A stretch of DNA of 20,000 bases from an uncultured virus (IMG/VR IMGVR_UViG_3300049982_000206) (lineage: Duplodnaviria; Heunggongvirae; Uroviricota; Caudoviricetes), in IMG/VR virus record IMGVR_UViG_3300049982_000206; one strand, 5' to 3'. Every line of letters starts with the position of its first letter. Position 1 is the first letter of the stretch. Below are positions 1 to 8,151 of the stretch, in pieces. The notes beneath the pieces are model-generated. The model did no database searches and was not told the DNA's origin. It saw only the letters and a list, made by a program, of their open reading frames with translations. The translations under genes and the position numbers were made by a program.

Positions 1-279
1 CATCTCCGGGACGCGATCGCGCGGGCCGTCGCAGGCGAAGACCTGCCCGGCGGACTCCGAACCTCCGCCGAGTGGTCCGCGCAGTACGCCATCGAGGTCG
101 TCGACCGTACCGGTTGGATCGGCAACGAGTGGCACAACCCGATCACTGAGCAGGAGTTCGTCGAGCGCTGCTCCAAGTCGAAGCTGCGTGAGATCCCCCT
201 GACGTTCGAGCAGGAGATGGCCGCAACGCTGGTGGGCCTTCTCGGCGGCGGTACGCATCCACGGCTCAGGGCGATCTGA
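1..279 (+). CDS. Hypothetical phage protein, 5'-truncated by the window (HLRDAIARAV...TSAEWSAQYAIEVVDRTGW...PITEQEFVERCSKS...RLRAI*)
   Basis: Frame 1 open from base 1 to TGA 277-279, which overlaps the next ATG (TGATG); GC3-rich codons. Confidence 0.8.
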   Translation, partial: HLRDAIARAVAGEDLPGGLRTSAEWSAQYAIEVVDRTGWIGNEWHNPITEQEFVERCSKSKLREIPLTFEQEMAATLVGLLGGGTHPRLRAI

Positions 280-464
280 TGGCGACCGTCCAGGCAGCCG
301 TACGCCGTACCTGCTTCGCGAAGTGGGGCCCGCTGGATCCCTGGCACGTCTGGAAGGACCGAGTCCTTCACGGACACACCAGCCACACCTGCCGAGGCGG
401 TCACTACTCGTACCAGCCCCACCGCTGCGCATGCGGCGTACACCCACCGGAGAACACGCAATGA
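279..464 (+). CDS. Small His/Cys-rich hypothetical protein (61 aa)
   Basis: Coupled at both ends (TGATG at 277-281, ATGA at 461-464); HxC...HxCxC possible metal site. Confidence 0.7.
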   Translation: MATVQAAVRRTCFAKWGPLDPWHVWKDRVLHGHTSHTCRGGHYSYQPHRCACGVHPPENTQ

Positions 465-898
465 TCGTCAGCCTCACAGCACCCTGCTTCGTCCTCGACC
501 CCTCCCCCAATACCGACGACGGCGGAACCTGGCACCACGTGGACGTCGAAGCCGCAGCCAGGGCCCTGCATGAGCACCTCAGCGAGATCCGCGCCGACAA
601 CGCCGCCGACCAGCTAGCACGCGCCATGCACATCGTCATCGTCCAGAACGCCGCGGCCTGCAAGACCCTGACCTGTGACGGCTGCGGCGACGAGTTCGAA
701 GACGACGAGACCGCCTGGTCACACCTCATGACCGACGAGGATGAGCGGACCATGACGCGCATGGCGCTCGACTCCGGTTGGACTGGCGGTGAGGGCAACA
801 CCATCCACTGCACCCGCTGCCCCACGTTGATCGATCCCGCTCCCGGACCGTCGGAGTACGACGTACCGCTGTTCGGCATGGAAACGGTGGCCGGATGA
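461..898 (+). CDS. Acidic hypothetical protein with two CxxC motifs (putative Zn-binding), 145 aa
   Basis: Start moved from 323 to ATG 461 (GGAG at 449-452, ATGA overlap); CDGC...GWT...HCTRC. Confidence 0.75.
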   Translation: MIVSLTAPCFVLDPSPNTDDGGTWHHVDVEAAARALHEHLSEIRADNAADQLARAMHIVIVQNAAACKTLTCDGCGDEFEDDETAWSHLMTDEDERTMTRMALDSGWTGGEGNTIHCTRCPTLIDPAPGPSEYDVPLFGMETVAG

Positions 899-1794
899 AG
901 TGGACTGAGGCGCTGGTTGTCGAGCGACTTCGTGAGGGGTACTTGCTGCCAGCCGGGTCGCAGGCAATGGATGAGTGGGCGATGCTCACCCATGTACCGC
1001 TTCGCGTGGACGACAACGAGCGCATCATCGACGCGTTCGCCGTACGGTGCTGGGCCAGCGGCAAGGGGTTCGAGCGGCACGCGTTCGAGGTGAAGGTCTC
1101 GCGCTCCGACTTCCGCAACGAGACACCGGAGAAGCGCGCGCCTGCTGAGGTGAGCGCGCACCGGTGCGCGTACGTCGTACCGGCCGGGCTGCTCAAGCCG
1201 GAAGAGATCCCGCCAGGCTGGGGACTCGTCGAGGTGTACGAGAACGCCGCAGACCGGCCGTGGCACAGCCGCGGCCAGCTCGGTTCGCGCGCCCGCTGGA
1301 CGCTCCCGGCCGCCCGCCGGAAGCCGACTTGCGATCTCGACTACCTGGTGACCGCTGGCTTCCGGCGCGCGTCCCGAGCCGAGGCCGAGATCCGTCACGG
1401 CGACGTACCGGCCGCGGAGGTCGTTCGACTGCGCCAAGAGGTCGAGTCGCTGAGCGGTATGTTGAGCCGCGCCAAGACCGGCAAGCAGCGCGAGACCGCG
1501 CGCGCCAAACGGGCCGAGAGTGAACTTCTCGCGGCCTTCGGCGATCAGCAATTCTGCGCCGACTGCGACCAGCCGCTGCTGTGGAAGCGCGAGTCGGGCG
1601 GGAACAGCCGGTGGGCGCACGTCGACCCCGCACAGGAGAAGCCCTGTTCGCAGGCCCGAGCGGATGCCGACCGGCGCCGCAAAGAGGCCGCGACCGGCGC
1701 CAAGTACGGCTGGGGCATGGCTGGAGACCCCGAACCCAAGGCCACGCGGGAGCGCAGGCTCGCCGCCGAACAAGAGATGGAGAACGCGTCGTGA
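895..1794 (+). CDS. MmcB-like PD-(D/E)XK nuclease with C-terminal coiled coil and CxxC extension
   Basis: RIIDAFAV...FEVKVSRSDF...YVVPAGLLKPEEIPPGWGLVEV resembles the MmcB-family signature; ATGA-coupled. Confidence 0.75.
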   Translation: MKWTEALVVERLREGYLLPAGSQAMDEWAMLTHVPLRVDDNERIIDAFAVRCWASGKGFERHAFEVKVSRSDFRNETPEKRAPAEVSAHRCAYVVPAGLLKPEEIPPGWGLVEVYENAADRPWHSRGQLGSRARWTLPAARRKPTCDLDYLVTAGFRRASRAEAEIRHGDVPAAEVVRLRQEVESLSGMLSRAKTGKQRETARAKRAESELLAAFGDQQFCADCDQPLLWKRESGGNSRWAHVDPAQEKPCSQARADADRRRKEAATGAKYGWGMAGDPEPKATRERRLAAEQEMENAS

Positions 1795-2354
1795 ACCAGG
1801 ATCTGGAGATCCCCCCGCGAATGAGCAGCCTGCCGAAGGACGAGAACGGGCGGCCCGTGCCCTGGTTCGCCGCGGAGGTCGACGGTAAGCCGGACATCCA
1901 GACCGTCAGGCCAGGCGGCATGCAGGAGGCACTCCAGTTCAAGCTGTGCTTCCTGTGCGGGAAGTCGCTCGGCCGGTACGCCGCGTTCATGCTCGGCCCG
2001 ATGTCGCTGCTCAACCGCATCGCGGCCGAGCCGCCATGTCACCGCGACTGCGCGCAGTACGCCGCAATGGCAGGGCTCTCCCCTCGACGCGCATCCGGCC
2101 TCGAACTCGTCTGGGTAACCCGCCGCTGGTACATGATCCGTGACGCCAACGGGCAGCCGCTGTTCGACGTCGGAAGCCCAGACCAGACCTACTGGTACGC
2201 CGACGGCCGCGAGGCCGGCCGAGACGACATCCTCGAATCGCTCGACTCGGGAATGCCCCCGCTCCGGAAGACCGCCGCCGACAACGGCCCGCTCGCGGCG
2301 CTCGACCTTGAATCCCAGTACGGCTCCGCGTTGAACCTGGTGCCGGCCTCGTGA
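1791..2354 (+). CDS. Conserved hypothetical phage protein with CxxC and HxxC motifs (187 aa)
   Basis: GTG 1791 overlaps the previous stop, GGAG upstream; RMSSLPKDENGRPVPWF...CFLCG...EPPCHRDCA. Confidence 0.8.
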   Translation: MNQDLEIPPRMSSLPKDENGRPVPWFAAEVDGKPDIQTVRPGGMQEALQFKLCFLCGKSLGRYAAFMLGPMSLLNRIAAEPPCHRDCAQYAAMAGLSPRRASGLELVWVTRRWYMIRDANGQPLFDVGSPDQTYWYADGREAGRDDILESLDSGMPPLRKTAADNGPLAALDLESQYGSALNLVPAS

Positions 2355-2689
2355 TGAGACGTCGCCGCGACCGCGACAGGATGCTGAAGCGAGCCCAGCC
2401 AAAGTGGCCGCTCTTCTGGGCTGTGCCCGAGCACTGCGTGGACAAGCCTGACCTGCTCCACGCAGAGCTGCGAGACGTTCTGCGCTATCGCCACCTGCCT
2501 CCTGGACACGAAGTCAACGCGACCGTGCTCCAAGACTTCGTCCCCTTCCAAGGCGGGCCGCGCTACGACCTAGTCCTGAGGCTCGACCTCATCGCTCGAC
2601 GCGACACTAACGTCGCACTCGCGGCACGGTTGCCCCCAGCAACCCCCGTCTTGAGGCCCTCCCACGGAGGCCACCAAGACCGCCCGTGA
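2351..2689 (+). CDS. Hypothetical protein (112 aa); 3' part overlaps a class II promoter motif
   Basis: GTGATG coupling at 2351-2356; fills the gap between neighbours. Confidence 0.6.
   Translation: MMRRRRDRDRMLKRAQPKWPLFWAVPEHCVDKPDLLHAELRDVLRYRHLPPGHEVNATVLQDFVPFQGGPRYDLVLRLDLIARRDTNVALAARLPPATPVLRPSHGGHQDRP
2600..2630 (+). promoter_or_regulatory. Class II promoter-like motif, copy 1: CGCGACACTA-N14-GCACGGT
   Basis: Same two blocks and 14-nt spacing as copies at 3492, 5505, 8512, 15193; about 70 nt upstream of the PIG-L gene. Confidence 0.7.
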
Positions 2690-2700
2690 AGGAGTTCGAG

Positions 2701-3474
2701 ATGCCTATCAACTGGGACCCGACAGGTCGCCGCGTCTACCTGTTCGAGCCTCATCAGGACGACGGGGCGCTGTTCATGGGGCAGATGGCTGCGCATCACG
2801 TGTTGGCCGGACGTGAGGTGCGCGTGGTGCTCATGTCGAACGGCAACACCAGCGCTGCCCGGAACGAGATCAACGGCACTGTCGTGGACAACGGCTGGTG
2901 GGGCACCCCGGCCCACAACCCGGCCCGTGAGGGCTACGAACCGCTGGACCTCACCGACTTCGGTCTCGCCAGGACCCAGGAGTGGCGCCAGTCGTGGATC
3001 CAGCTCGGTGTCCCGCCGGAGCGTCAGCACTTCGGGGCAGGTATGGCCTCATCGGACCTGCTGCCGGCGAACATCACCACTGCCTACGCCACGAGCGTCA
3101 TGCAGTACTGGATGCAACAGGACCTCAACGAGGGCCTCCCTGCGCCGTCCATGAAAGCAATGTGGTGGGGCGATACCACCCTCGACCACGCCAACTGCGG
3201 TACCGCGCTGCGCAACCTACGCCTCACCGATCCGCACTTCGTGGACGCCCAGTGGATGGTGCGGGCCGAACAGCACGGCGACACGGGCATGCAGTACGCC
3301 GTACCGTCGACGATGCTCGCCGAGGTGCGAGCAATGCAGTCCCGAGCCGCGTGGTGCTACTGCGCCTGGGCCCCCGAGTACGGCTCGTACGCGATCGGCC
3401 GGCACAGCGTTCCGGACCTGTTCGACAGCGGCCCGTTGGTGCACCTGCCGAACTGGATCGTTAAGACCCCATGA
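2701..3474 (+). CDS. PIG-L/LmbE family metal-dependent N-deacetylase
   Basis: VYLFEPHQDDG (HxDD metal motif), VVLMSNG, AR-x-x-E and DH motifs; ATG 2701 has GAAGGAG 6 nt upstream (alternative GTG 2686). Confidence 0.8.
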   Translation: MPINWDPTGRRVYLFEPHQDDGALFMGQMAAHHVLAGREVRVVLMSNGNTSAARNEINGTVVDNGWWGTPAHNPAREGYEPLDLTDFGLARTQEWRQSWIQLGVPPERQHFGAGMASSDLLPANITTAYATSVMQYWMQQDLNEGLPAPSMKAMWWGDTTLDHANCGTALRNLRLTDPHFVDAQWMVRAEQHGDTGMQYAVPSTMLAEVRAMQSRAAWCYCAWAPEYGSYAIGRHSVPDLFDSGPLVHLPNWIVKTP

Positions 3475-3491
3475 TGGACGACCTTCCTCGG

Positions 3492-3522
3492 CGCGACACT
3501 ACGTTCGTGCTCGCGGCACGGT
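3492..3522 (+). promoter_or_regulatory. Class II promoter-like motif, copy 2: CGCGACACTA-N14-GCACGGT
   Basis: Intergenic, both blocks identical to copy 1, upstream of GAGAGG and ATG 3556. Confidence 0.75.
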
Positions 3523-3555
3523 GGCAGTCAGACCCCTGCTGAGAGGACCCCCTCA

Positions 3556-3924
3556 ATGACCGAGACACCGCCGACCGCCGCCGGAGAGGACCAAGAGAAG
3601 GCTGGGGGGTGGCAGGGCTACCTTCCGAAGTTGCCTTCCGGCTGGCGCTATGAGGTCAGGCTGGTCTCTTCCGACGGCCACATCACAGTGGCATCCAGAC
3701 CGGCGCATCCTGACGAATGGCGCACCTCGATATCCGACACTCCGGCGGCCGGCAAGATGCGCGATGTCGTCTCGGCCAGCTTCAAGGCGGCGATCGCACT
3801 CGCGGTTGGTGCCGCCAAATCGCTGTCGAAGATCAGTGCCAAGGAGCGGGAACTGGCGAGCGAGCGTGCAGACCTTTTGGATGCGCTCGGCTCTGAGCCC
3901 ACGCCGCCCGAAGTCGTCGGATGA
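3556..3924 (+). CDS. Hypothetical protein (122 aa) with C-terminal helix/coiled coil
   Basis: GAGAGGA ribosome-binding site upstream; ATGA overlap with the next ORF. Confidence 0.75.
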   Translation: MTETPPTAAGEDQEKAGGWQGYLPKLPSGWRYEVRLVSSDGHITVASRPAHPDEWRTSISDTPAAGKMRDVVSASFKAAIALAVGAAKSLSKISAKERELASERADLLDALGSEPTPPEVVG

Positions 3925-4133
3925 TCAGCATGGTGGTGTACGCCGTACTCGCCGGATTCCTGGCGGGCGTCACCACCATGCTCGCGATCCGCGTTCGGCC
4001 GAGCCGCAGCGGCGCTCTCCAATCTGTCGCCGCTGCCCTCTTGCTCATTGACGGTAAGGGTGTGTACGCTCGAATAAGTCGGATAGAGCAACCCGACTCA
4101 ACAGGAGACAGATTCAACCCACCAGACCTGTAG
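3921..4133 (+). CDS. Small membrane protein (70 aa); C-terminus reads through the class I promoter and hairpin, possibly a remnant
   Basis: ATGA coupling; N-terminal hydrophobic helix MISMVVYAVLAGFLAGVTTMLAI. Confidence 0.55.
   Translation: MISMVVYAVLAGFLAGVTTMLAIRVRPSRSGALQSVAAALLLIDGKGVYARISRIEQPDSTGDRFNPPDL
4041..4070 (+). promoter_or_regulatory. Class I (SigA-like) promoter: TTGCTC-N18-TACGCT containing TAAGGGTGTGTACGCT
   Basis: 16-mer at 4055-4070 identical to 8487-8502 and 15666-15681; -35/-10 geometry. Confidence 0.75.
4077..4107 (+). promoter_or_regulatory. Leader hairpin, variant copy: AGTCGG-ATAGAGCAAC-CCGACT followed by AGGAG (4103-4107)
   Basis: 6-bp stem, loop contains AGAGCA, same spacing to AGGAG as other copies; no start codon follows. 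Confidence 0.6.
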
Positions 4134-4153
4134 GCAGCGCTACCCCATATGCA

Positions 4154-4199
4154 CGCCGGGGTGGCGGCCGGAACCTTCGACGCCGCCGCCACTCCGGCG
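4154..4199 (+). other. Long GC-rich stem-loop (15-bp stem with one G-U, 16-nt loop) in the leader of the multi-HTH gene
   Basis: CGCCGGGGTGGCGGC (4154-4168) pairs with GCCGCCACTCCGGCG (4185-4199); no U-tract. Confidence 0.65.
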
Positions 4200-4218
4200 C
4201 TCCAACAGGAGCCCCAAA

Positions 4219-5502
4219 GTGCAAGGGCCACTGCGGTCAGTGGGCAAACCCGGAGGACATGCTATGCCGCGACTCGCACCAGATGACCCGCGCCTGACTG
4301 CGCCGGACTTCCCCCACGCAACCAACCTCGGCTACAGCCGCGGCTGCTCCTGCGATGCATGCCGAGCGGCACACGCCCAGCATCGGTGGGAACAGCGCCG
4401 CGGCGTTCCGCGGCCAGCGTCAGTCCTACATTCCGTGTCTACGGCAGAGGCTCGTCGGCATGTCGAGCAGCTTCTGGGACACGTTGGCGTACGGCGATCT
4501 GCGATCGCTCGGGCTGCAGGCGTCTCTCAGCAGGCGGTTCTCAACATCATGCGGAAGCCAACGGTCTATTCGGCCACCGTCGAGGCTGTGCTCGCGGTGA
4601 CCCTAAACGACGTGGCTTCGAACCAGCGCCTTGTCGATGCGCGCCCAGCCATGCTGCACATCCACTACCTGTTGCAAGGAGAGGACTCGTCGTACGCGGC
4701 CATTGCGGCGGCAGCCGGCCTCACACTTGACGCCGTAGAACTGATTGCTGAGAGCAAACGAGTCACGATCTCACGTACAACTGACGAAGCTCTGCGGCGC
4801 CTGAACCACCGTGTCGTACGGCGCAACGCCGCGACCGTTTCATCCCACCGAACCATCACGAGACTGCGGGCGCTACAGGCCAACCGCTGGACCATCGCGG
4901 CGCTGACTGAACTCACTGGTCTCGCCGTCCCCAACATCCTGCGCGACAACCGCCCGTACGTTACGCAGGAAACCGAGCGGATCGTTGAGAAGCTGTACGA
5001 CGTGATCGGCGACCGGCCGGGGAACTCCGTTAGCTCAGCTGAACTGGCAAAGCAACTCGGGTACCACGAGCCGATCCACTACGACGAGAACATGAACCTC
5101 ATCCCCGGCAGCGTCCCGGACCACCGTTGGTCGCCGAGCAGCTCACCAGAGGATCGTGCACGCGACAAGCTGAGGATGCTCGGCCTGACCCTCCGCGAGC
5201 TGCCCAGTCAGGAGATCGCCAACAGGCTCAACGTGTCGAAGAAGACCGTGGACCGAGCCCGCAGCGAGATCGGGATCCGTCTCGACCCAAACGCCTTGGA
5301 CTCTGTCCTGCTGCCGTTCATCCGGCCAGGACAAGACGCCATCGTCGAGCTGATCCTGCGGCACACCTCAGGCATCGAACTGAGCGAGAACATCTCAGTG
5401 CTCGACGACGACGGCCTGGACTACGTCACGCTATGGGACTCACTACGGTCCAGCGCCCGGCGGCTCTGCGCTGCACCCGTGCGTGACCTCGCGGTCGCGT
5501 AG
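4219..5502 (+). CDS. Multi-domain DNA-binding protein: N-terminal H-x-CxCxxC module, three tandem HTH-like repeats, C-terminal sigma-region-4/LuxR-like HTH
   Basis: HATNLGYSRGCSCDACRAAH; repeats begin VSTAEARRHVEQL, VDARPAMLHIHYL, VSSHRTITRLRAL, each followed by IA/LT-xx-AG/TG; LPSQEIANRLNVSKKTVDR. Both GTG 4219 and ATG 4264 have a Shine-Dalgarno sequence. Confidence 0.8.
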   Translation: MQGPLRSVGKPGGHAMPRLAPDDPRLTAPDFPHATNLGYSRGCSCDACRAAHAQHRWEQRRGVPRPASVLHSVSTAEARRHVEQLLGHVGVRRSAIARAAGVSQQAVLNIMRKPTVYSATVEAVLAVTLNDVASNQRLVDARPAMLHIHYLLQGEDSSYAAIAAAAGLTLDAVELIAESKRVTISRTTDEALRRLNHRVVRRNAATVSSHRTITRLRALQANRWTIAALTELTGLAVPNILRDNRPYVTQETERIVEKLYDVIGDRPGNSVSSAELAKQLGYHEPIHYDENMNLIPGSVPDHRWSPSSSPEDRARDKLRMLGLTLRELPSQEIANRLNVSKKTVDRARSEIGIRLDPNALDSVLLPFIRPGQDAIVELILRHTSGIELSENISVLDDDGLDYVTLWDSLRSSARRLCAAPVRDLAVA

Positions 5503-5504
5503 GA

Positions 5505-5535
5505 CAGGACGCTAAGCGCATGCACTCCCTACGGT
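5505..5535 (+). promoter_or_regulatory. Class II promoter-like motif, copy 3: CAGGACGCTA-N14-CTACGGT
   Basis: Intergenic, same spacing; TACGGT ends 6 nt before an SD-less ATG (5542). Confidence 0.65.
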
Positions 5536-5541
5536 GGCCAG

Positions 5542-5934
5542 ATGATCGCACTGGTGATCGACGCGCTCGCCCCAGTTCAGGCCGGGCCGCCCTTCAACGG
5601 CGAACGAGTGTTGGAGAACACCGTCCGCCTCATCACCATGATCGTCGGCGTACCGATCTCGTTGGTCTGCATCAAGTTCGGGATCAAAGCGCTGCGGAAG
5701 AGGCAACTCGACCGCGCCTGGGGAACGCTCTCGTACGCCCTGGCGATCCTCGTACCGGCCGCTGGCCGTGCGATGAGCTTCGGGCAACCCATCAACTGGG
5801 TTACGACCGCGCTCTACGCAGCAAGCCTCACGGCCGGCGGAATCGCCCTGTACTACCGGGCCCGCTGGGAAGCGTGGTGGACACGAAGCCGCCCCGCGAA
5901 GCAGGAGGAGCAGCCACGTGATGCCGATGAGTGA
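5542..5934 (+). CDS. Membrane protein, about 3 TM helices (130 aa)
   Basis: Three hydrophobic segments separated by basic loops; probable leaderless start. Confidence 0.75.
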   Translation: MIALVIDALAPVQAGPPFNGERVLENTVRLITMIVGVPISLVCIKFGIKALRKRQLDRAWGTLSYALAILVPAAGRAMSFGQPINWVTTALYAASLTAGGIALYYRARWEAWWTRSRPAKQEEQPRDADE

Positions 5935-6262
5935 ACCGTTCACCGACCACCTCGCACTCGACATCGTCCGCTGCGTCACGATCGCCGCTGCCTGGTGGCT
6001 GTGTGCCCTGATCGTGAAGCTCACCTACCAGCGGTGGCAGACCCGTAGCACCGACCCGGACCGGTACCGGCGGACGCACCCGGCCACGATGGCTTCGTAC
6101 GCCGTCGCGTTGTTCTTCATCGGCGTACGACGGGCAGACAACCTCGGCGACCCGTGGTCCTGGTACCTGTTGCCCAGCATCGTCATCCTCGTCCTGGGCT
6201 TCATCGGTGTCCTGCGGCGCATCCGCGTGCCGCTGACGCCGCCCTGGAGACGTGCCCGATGA
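5918..6262 (+). CDS. Membrane protein, about 3 TM helices (114 aa), apparent paralogue of the preceding gene
   Basis: AGGAGGAG at 5903-5910; shares SYA-x-A...RA...G-x-P-xx-W with 5542-5934. Confidence 0.78.
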   Translation: MMPMSEPFTDHLALDIVRCVTIAAAWWLCALIVKLTYQRWQTRSTDPDRYRRTHPATMASYAVALFFIGVRRADNLGDPWSWYLLPSIVILVLGFIGVLRRIRVPLTPPWRRAR

Positions 6263-6711
6263 AGTGCGTCACCTGCGGCGCCGAGGTCGAACGGATGACG
6301 TGCACGATCGACCCCCGGCGAGCTGCGCTGGCGTTCATCGCGAACTGCGGGCACGAGATGACCGTCGAAGAGGCGCGCACCGCGTGGCGCCTCAACATCT
6401 TCCCGGCCAACGCCGTACCCGTGGTCAACGGCGCGACGCTGATCGGCGCCGAGCGCGAGCGGCACGCCGCCGAAGAAGGCCACACCCCCGAGAGTGATGC
6501 CGAGTTCACCGGCGCGCAGCTGGCCTGGGCCGCCTGGTGCCTCCTCGACCGAGCCGCCGCCACCAACCCGACCGAGCAGGCCCCTGCAGTGTGGCCGCTC
6601 CCCCGCGACCGCTGGCCGGCCGACAAGAGCGCTACCCGCCTCCTCATCATCGCTGGCTCCCTCATCGCCGCCGAGATCGATCGGCGTCTAGCCGCTGGAG
6701 AGACCCCATGA
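6259..6711 (+). CDS. Hypothetical protein: N-terminal CxxC...CGH module plus a conserved helical phage domain
   Basis: ATG 6259 with GGAG and ATGA overlap; IGAERERH...EGHTPESD...LAWAAWC...WP...AGSLIAAEIDR recalls a widespread uncharacterised phage domain. Confidence 0.78.
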   Translation: MKCVTCGAEVERMTCTIDPRRAALAFIANCGHEMTVEEARTAWRLNIFPANAVPVVNGATLIGAERERHAAEEGHTPESDAEFTGAQLAWAAWCLLDRAAATNPTEQAPAVWPLPRDRWPADKSATRLLIIAGSLIAAEIDRRLAAGETP

Positions 6712-7175
6712 CCCACGTCGACACCGCCTCGATGTCAGACCCGCTACTCCTGCAGCGCGTACGTGCCGCCGCACAGCCTGACCGGACCCTCGCCGCGGCG
6801 TTGCACGACAGCACTGCCGTGCTCGGGATCCAGCTGAACTGGCACGAGGCAGACGTTCTCGCCGAGGCGGTCCGCGGCCACCATGACAAGGAGGTCCGTG
6901 TCTGGCGTGTCGTCGACCCGGCGATCGGACTGAGCAGAATCCGGGAGATGGGCGTGCAGGAAGACATGCTGGACGAGCTGCTACGCGACGCGCACAAGGC
7001 CGGGATGGCGCTGGTTGCGGTGCCGGTCGAAACGCAGTACACGGTCGGGAGCCTTCGCTCGGCAGGTTCCCTCGCCGAGAAGAAGCTCGGACTCCACCTG
7101 ATGTCCATGTATCCAGACCGGTACGACGTCGTACTGCTGACCGGCAAGCTCCGGTCGTTCGCCAAGGCCACCTGA
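6708..7175 (+). CDS. Hypothetical protein (155 aa)
   Basis: ATG 6708 with GGAGAG and ATGA overlap; TGATG at the 3' end. Confidence 0.75.
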   Translation: MTHVDTASMSDPLLLQRVRAAAQPDRTLAAALHDSTAVLGIQLNWHEADVLAEAVRGHHDKEVRVWRVVDPAIGLSRIREMGVQEDMLDELLRDAHKAGMALVAVPVETQYTVGSLRSAGSLAEKKLGLHLMSMYPDRYDVVLLTGKLRSFAKAT

Positions 7176-7933
7176 TGCTCACGGGCGCCCTGCTAGGAGC
7201 CTTGCTGCTGGTCGCTGAGGCCATCTGGCATATCCGGCGGAAGAAGCGCCGGCGCGTGGCTCTCCGGCCACCAGTCGACCTGCGCCGGTTGGAAGAAGCC
7301 GCCGCCGTACCGCTGGAAGAGATCGTCGCAGCTGCTGAGCACTGGGCCGAGCATCCATCCGATCCGGAACCTGCCGTACTGCGGAACTTGCTGCCGGAGG
7401 CATGGGAGCCACCTCGCCCGATGACCCGGAAAGCCCTGCTGACCCCGCCGCCTGACATCCAGACCGCGCGGGTCCCGGATGGCTGGATCACCCTTCCCAG
7501 GAACGCGCCTGCCGAGCGGATCGATATCCACTGTGGCAACTCAATCATCCTGGCTGACGAGGGCATGACCTGGCAGCCATTGCCCGCCGCGGTCACGCCT
7601 CAAGATCTGTACGCCAAGTGCAACCACGCCGTCGCCGATCGCGAAGAGATCCAGACGCACGGCGCATCCGCGTCAGTCAGGTCGATCGTGACGTACTGCA
7701 CTTCGTGCGTTGTCATCGCACGTGGCAGGAATCGGCTGGCCGAGATTATCGGCCAGGTCGACCAGATCACCGCCGACAACACGAAACCGAACGGCGAAAC
7801 GGACTTCACCGAAGACCTCGTGCGGCACCTTCAACGCCTGCTCGGCGAGTACGACCGGATCACGAGCACCCTCGACCGCCTGACTAATCCGTACCGGCCC
7901 GCCTGGGCCACCCTAGAAAGGCACCATCAGTGA
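7175..7933 (+). CDS. N-terminally membrane-anchored hypothetical protein (252 aa)
   Basis: Hydrophobic N-terminus followed by RRKKRRR; coupled at both ends. Confidence 0.7.
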   Translation: MLTGALLGALLLVAEAIWHIRRKKRRRVALRPPVDLRRLEEAAAVPLEEIVAAAEHWAEHPSDPEPAVLRNLLPEAWEPPRPMTRKALLTPPPDIQTARVPDGWITLPRNAPAERIDIHCGNSIILADEGMTWQPLPAAVTPQDLYAKCNHAVADREEIQTHGASASVRSIVTYCTSCVVIARGRNRLAEIIGQVDQITADNTKPNGETDFTEDLVRHLQRLLGEYDRITSTLDRLTNPYRPAWATLERHHQ

Positions 7934-8151
7934 GCCAGTGGAAGAAGGACGACCGCGTCGTTCTGGCTAGCCGGCCGGAGTTCGTCGGCACCTGCATCGA
8001 GAGCGAGCGCCGCGGGTCCGTCGAGGTCGCGTTCGATGGCGGCGGCAAGGGCCGCTTCCTGAGCGATGACCTGCAACGAGTTGAAGATGCTCCCCTCACG
8101 GACAAGACGTGGCCACCGGGGAGCCTTGAAACCAAGGCCTTAGCTCCATGA
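7930..8151 (+). CDS. Small SH3/KOW-like beta-barrel protein (73 aa)
   Basis: WKKDDRV...GT...VEVAFD...DLQRV pattern; GTGA and ATGA coupling. Confidence 0.7.
   Translation: MSQWKKDDRVVLASRPEFVGTCIESERRGSVEVAFDGGGKGRFLSDDLQRVEDAPLTDKTWPPGSLETKALAP

Noticed and set aside
4134..4218. tRNA in the structured intergenic gap
   Set aside because: A single long stem, no cloverleaf; the TTCGA at 4176-4180 is not in a T-arm context.
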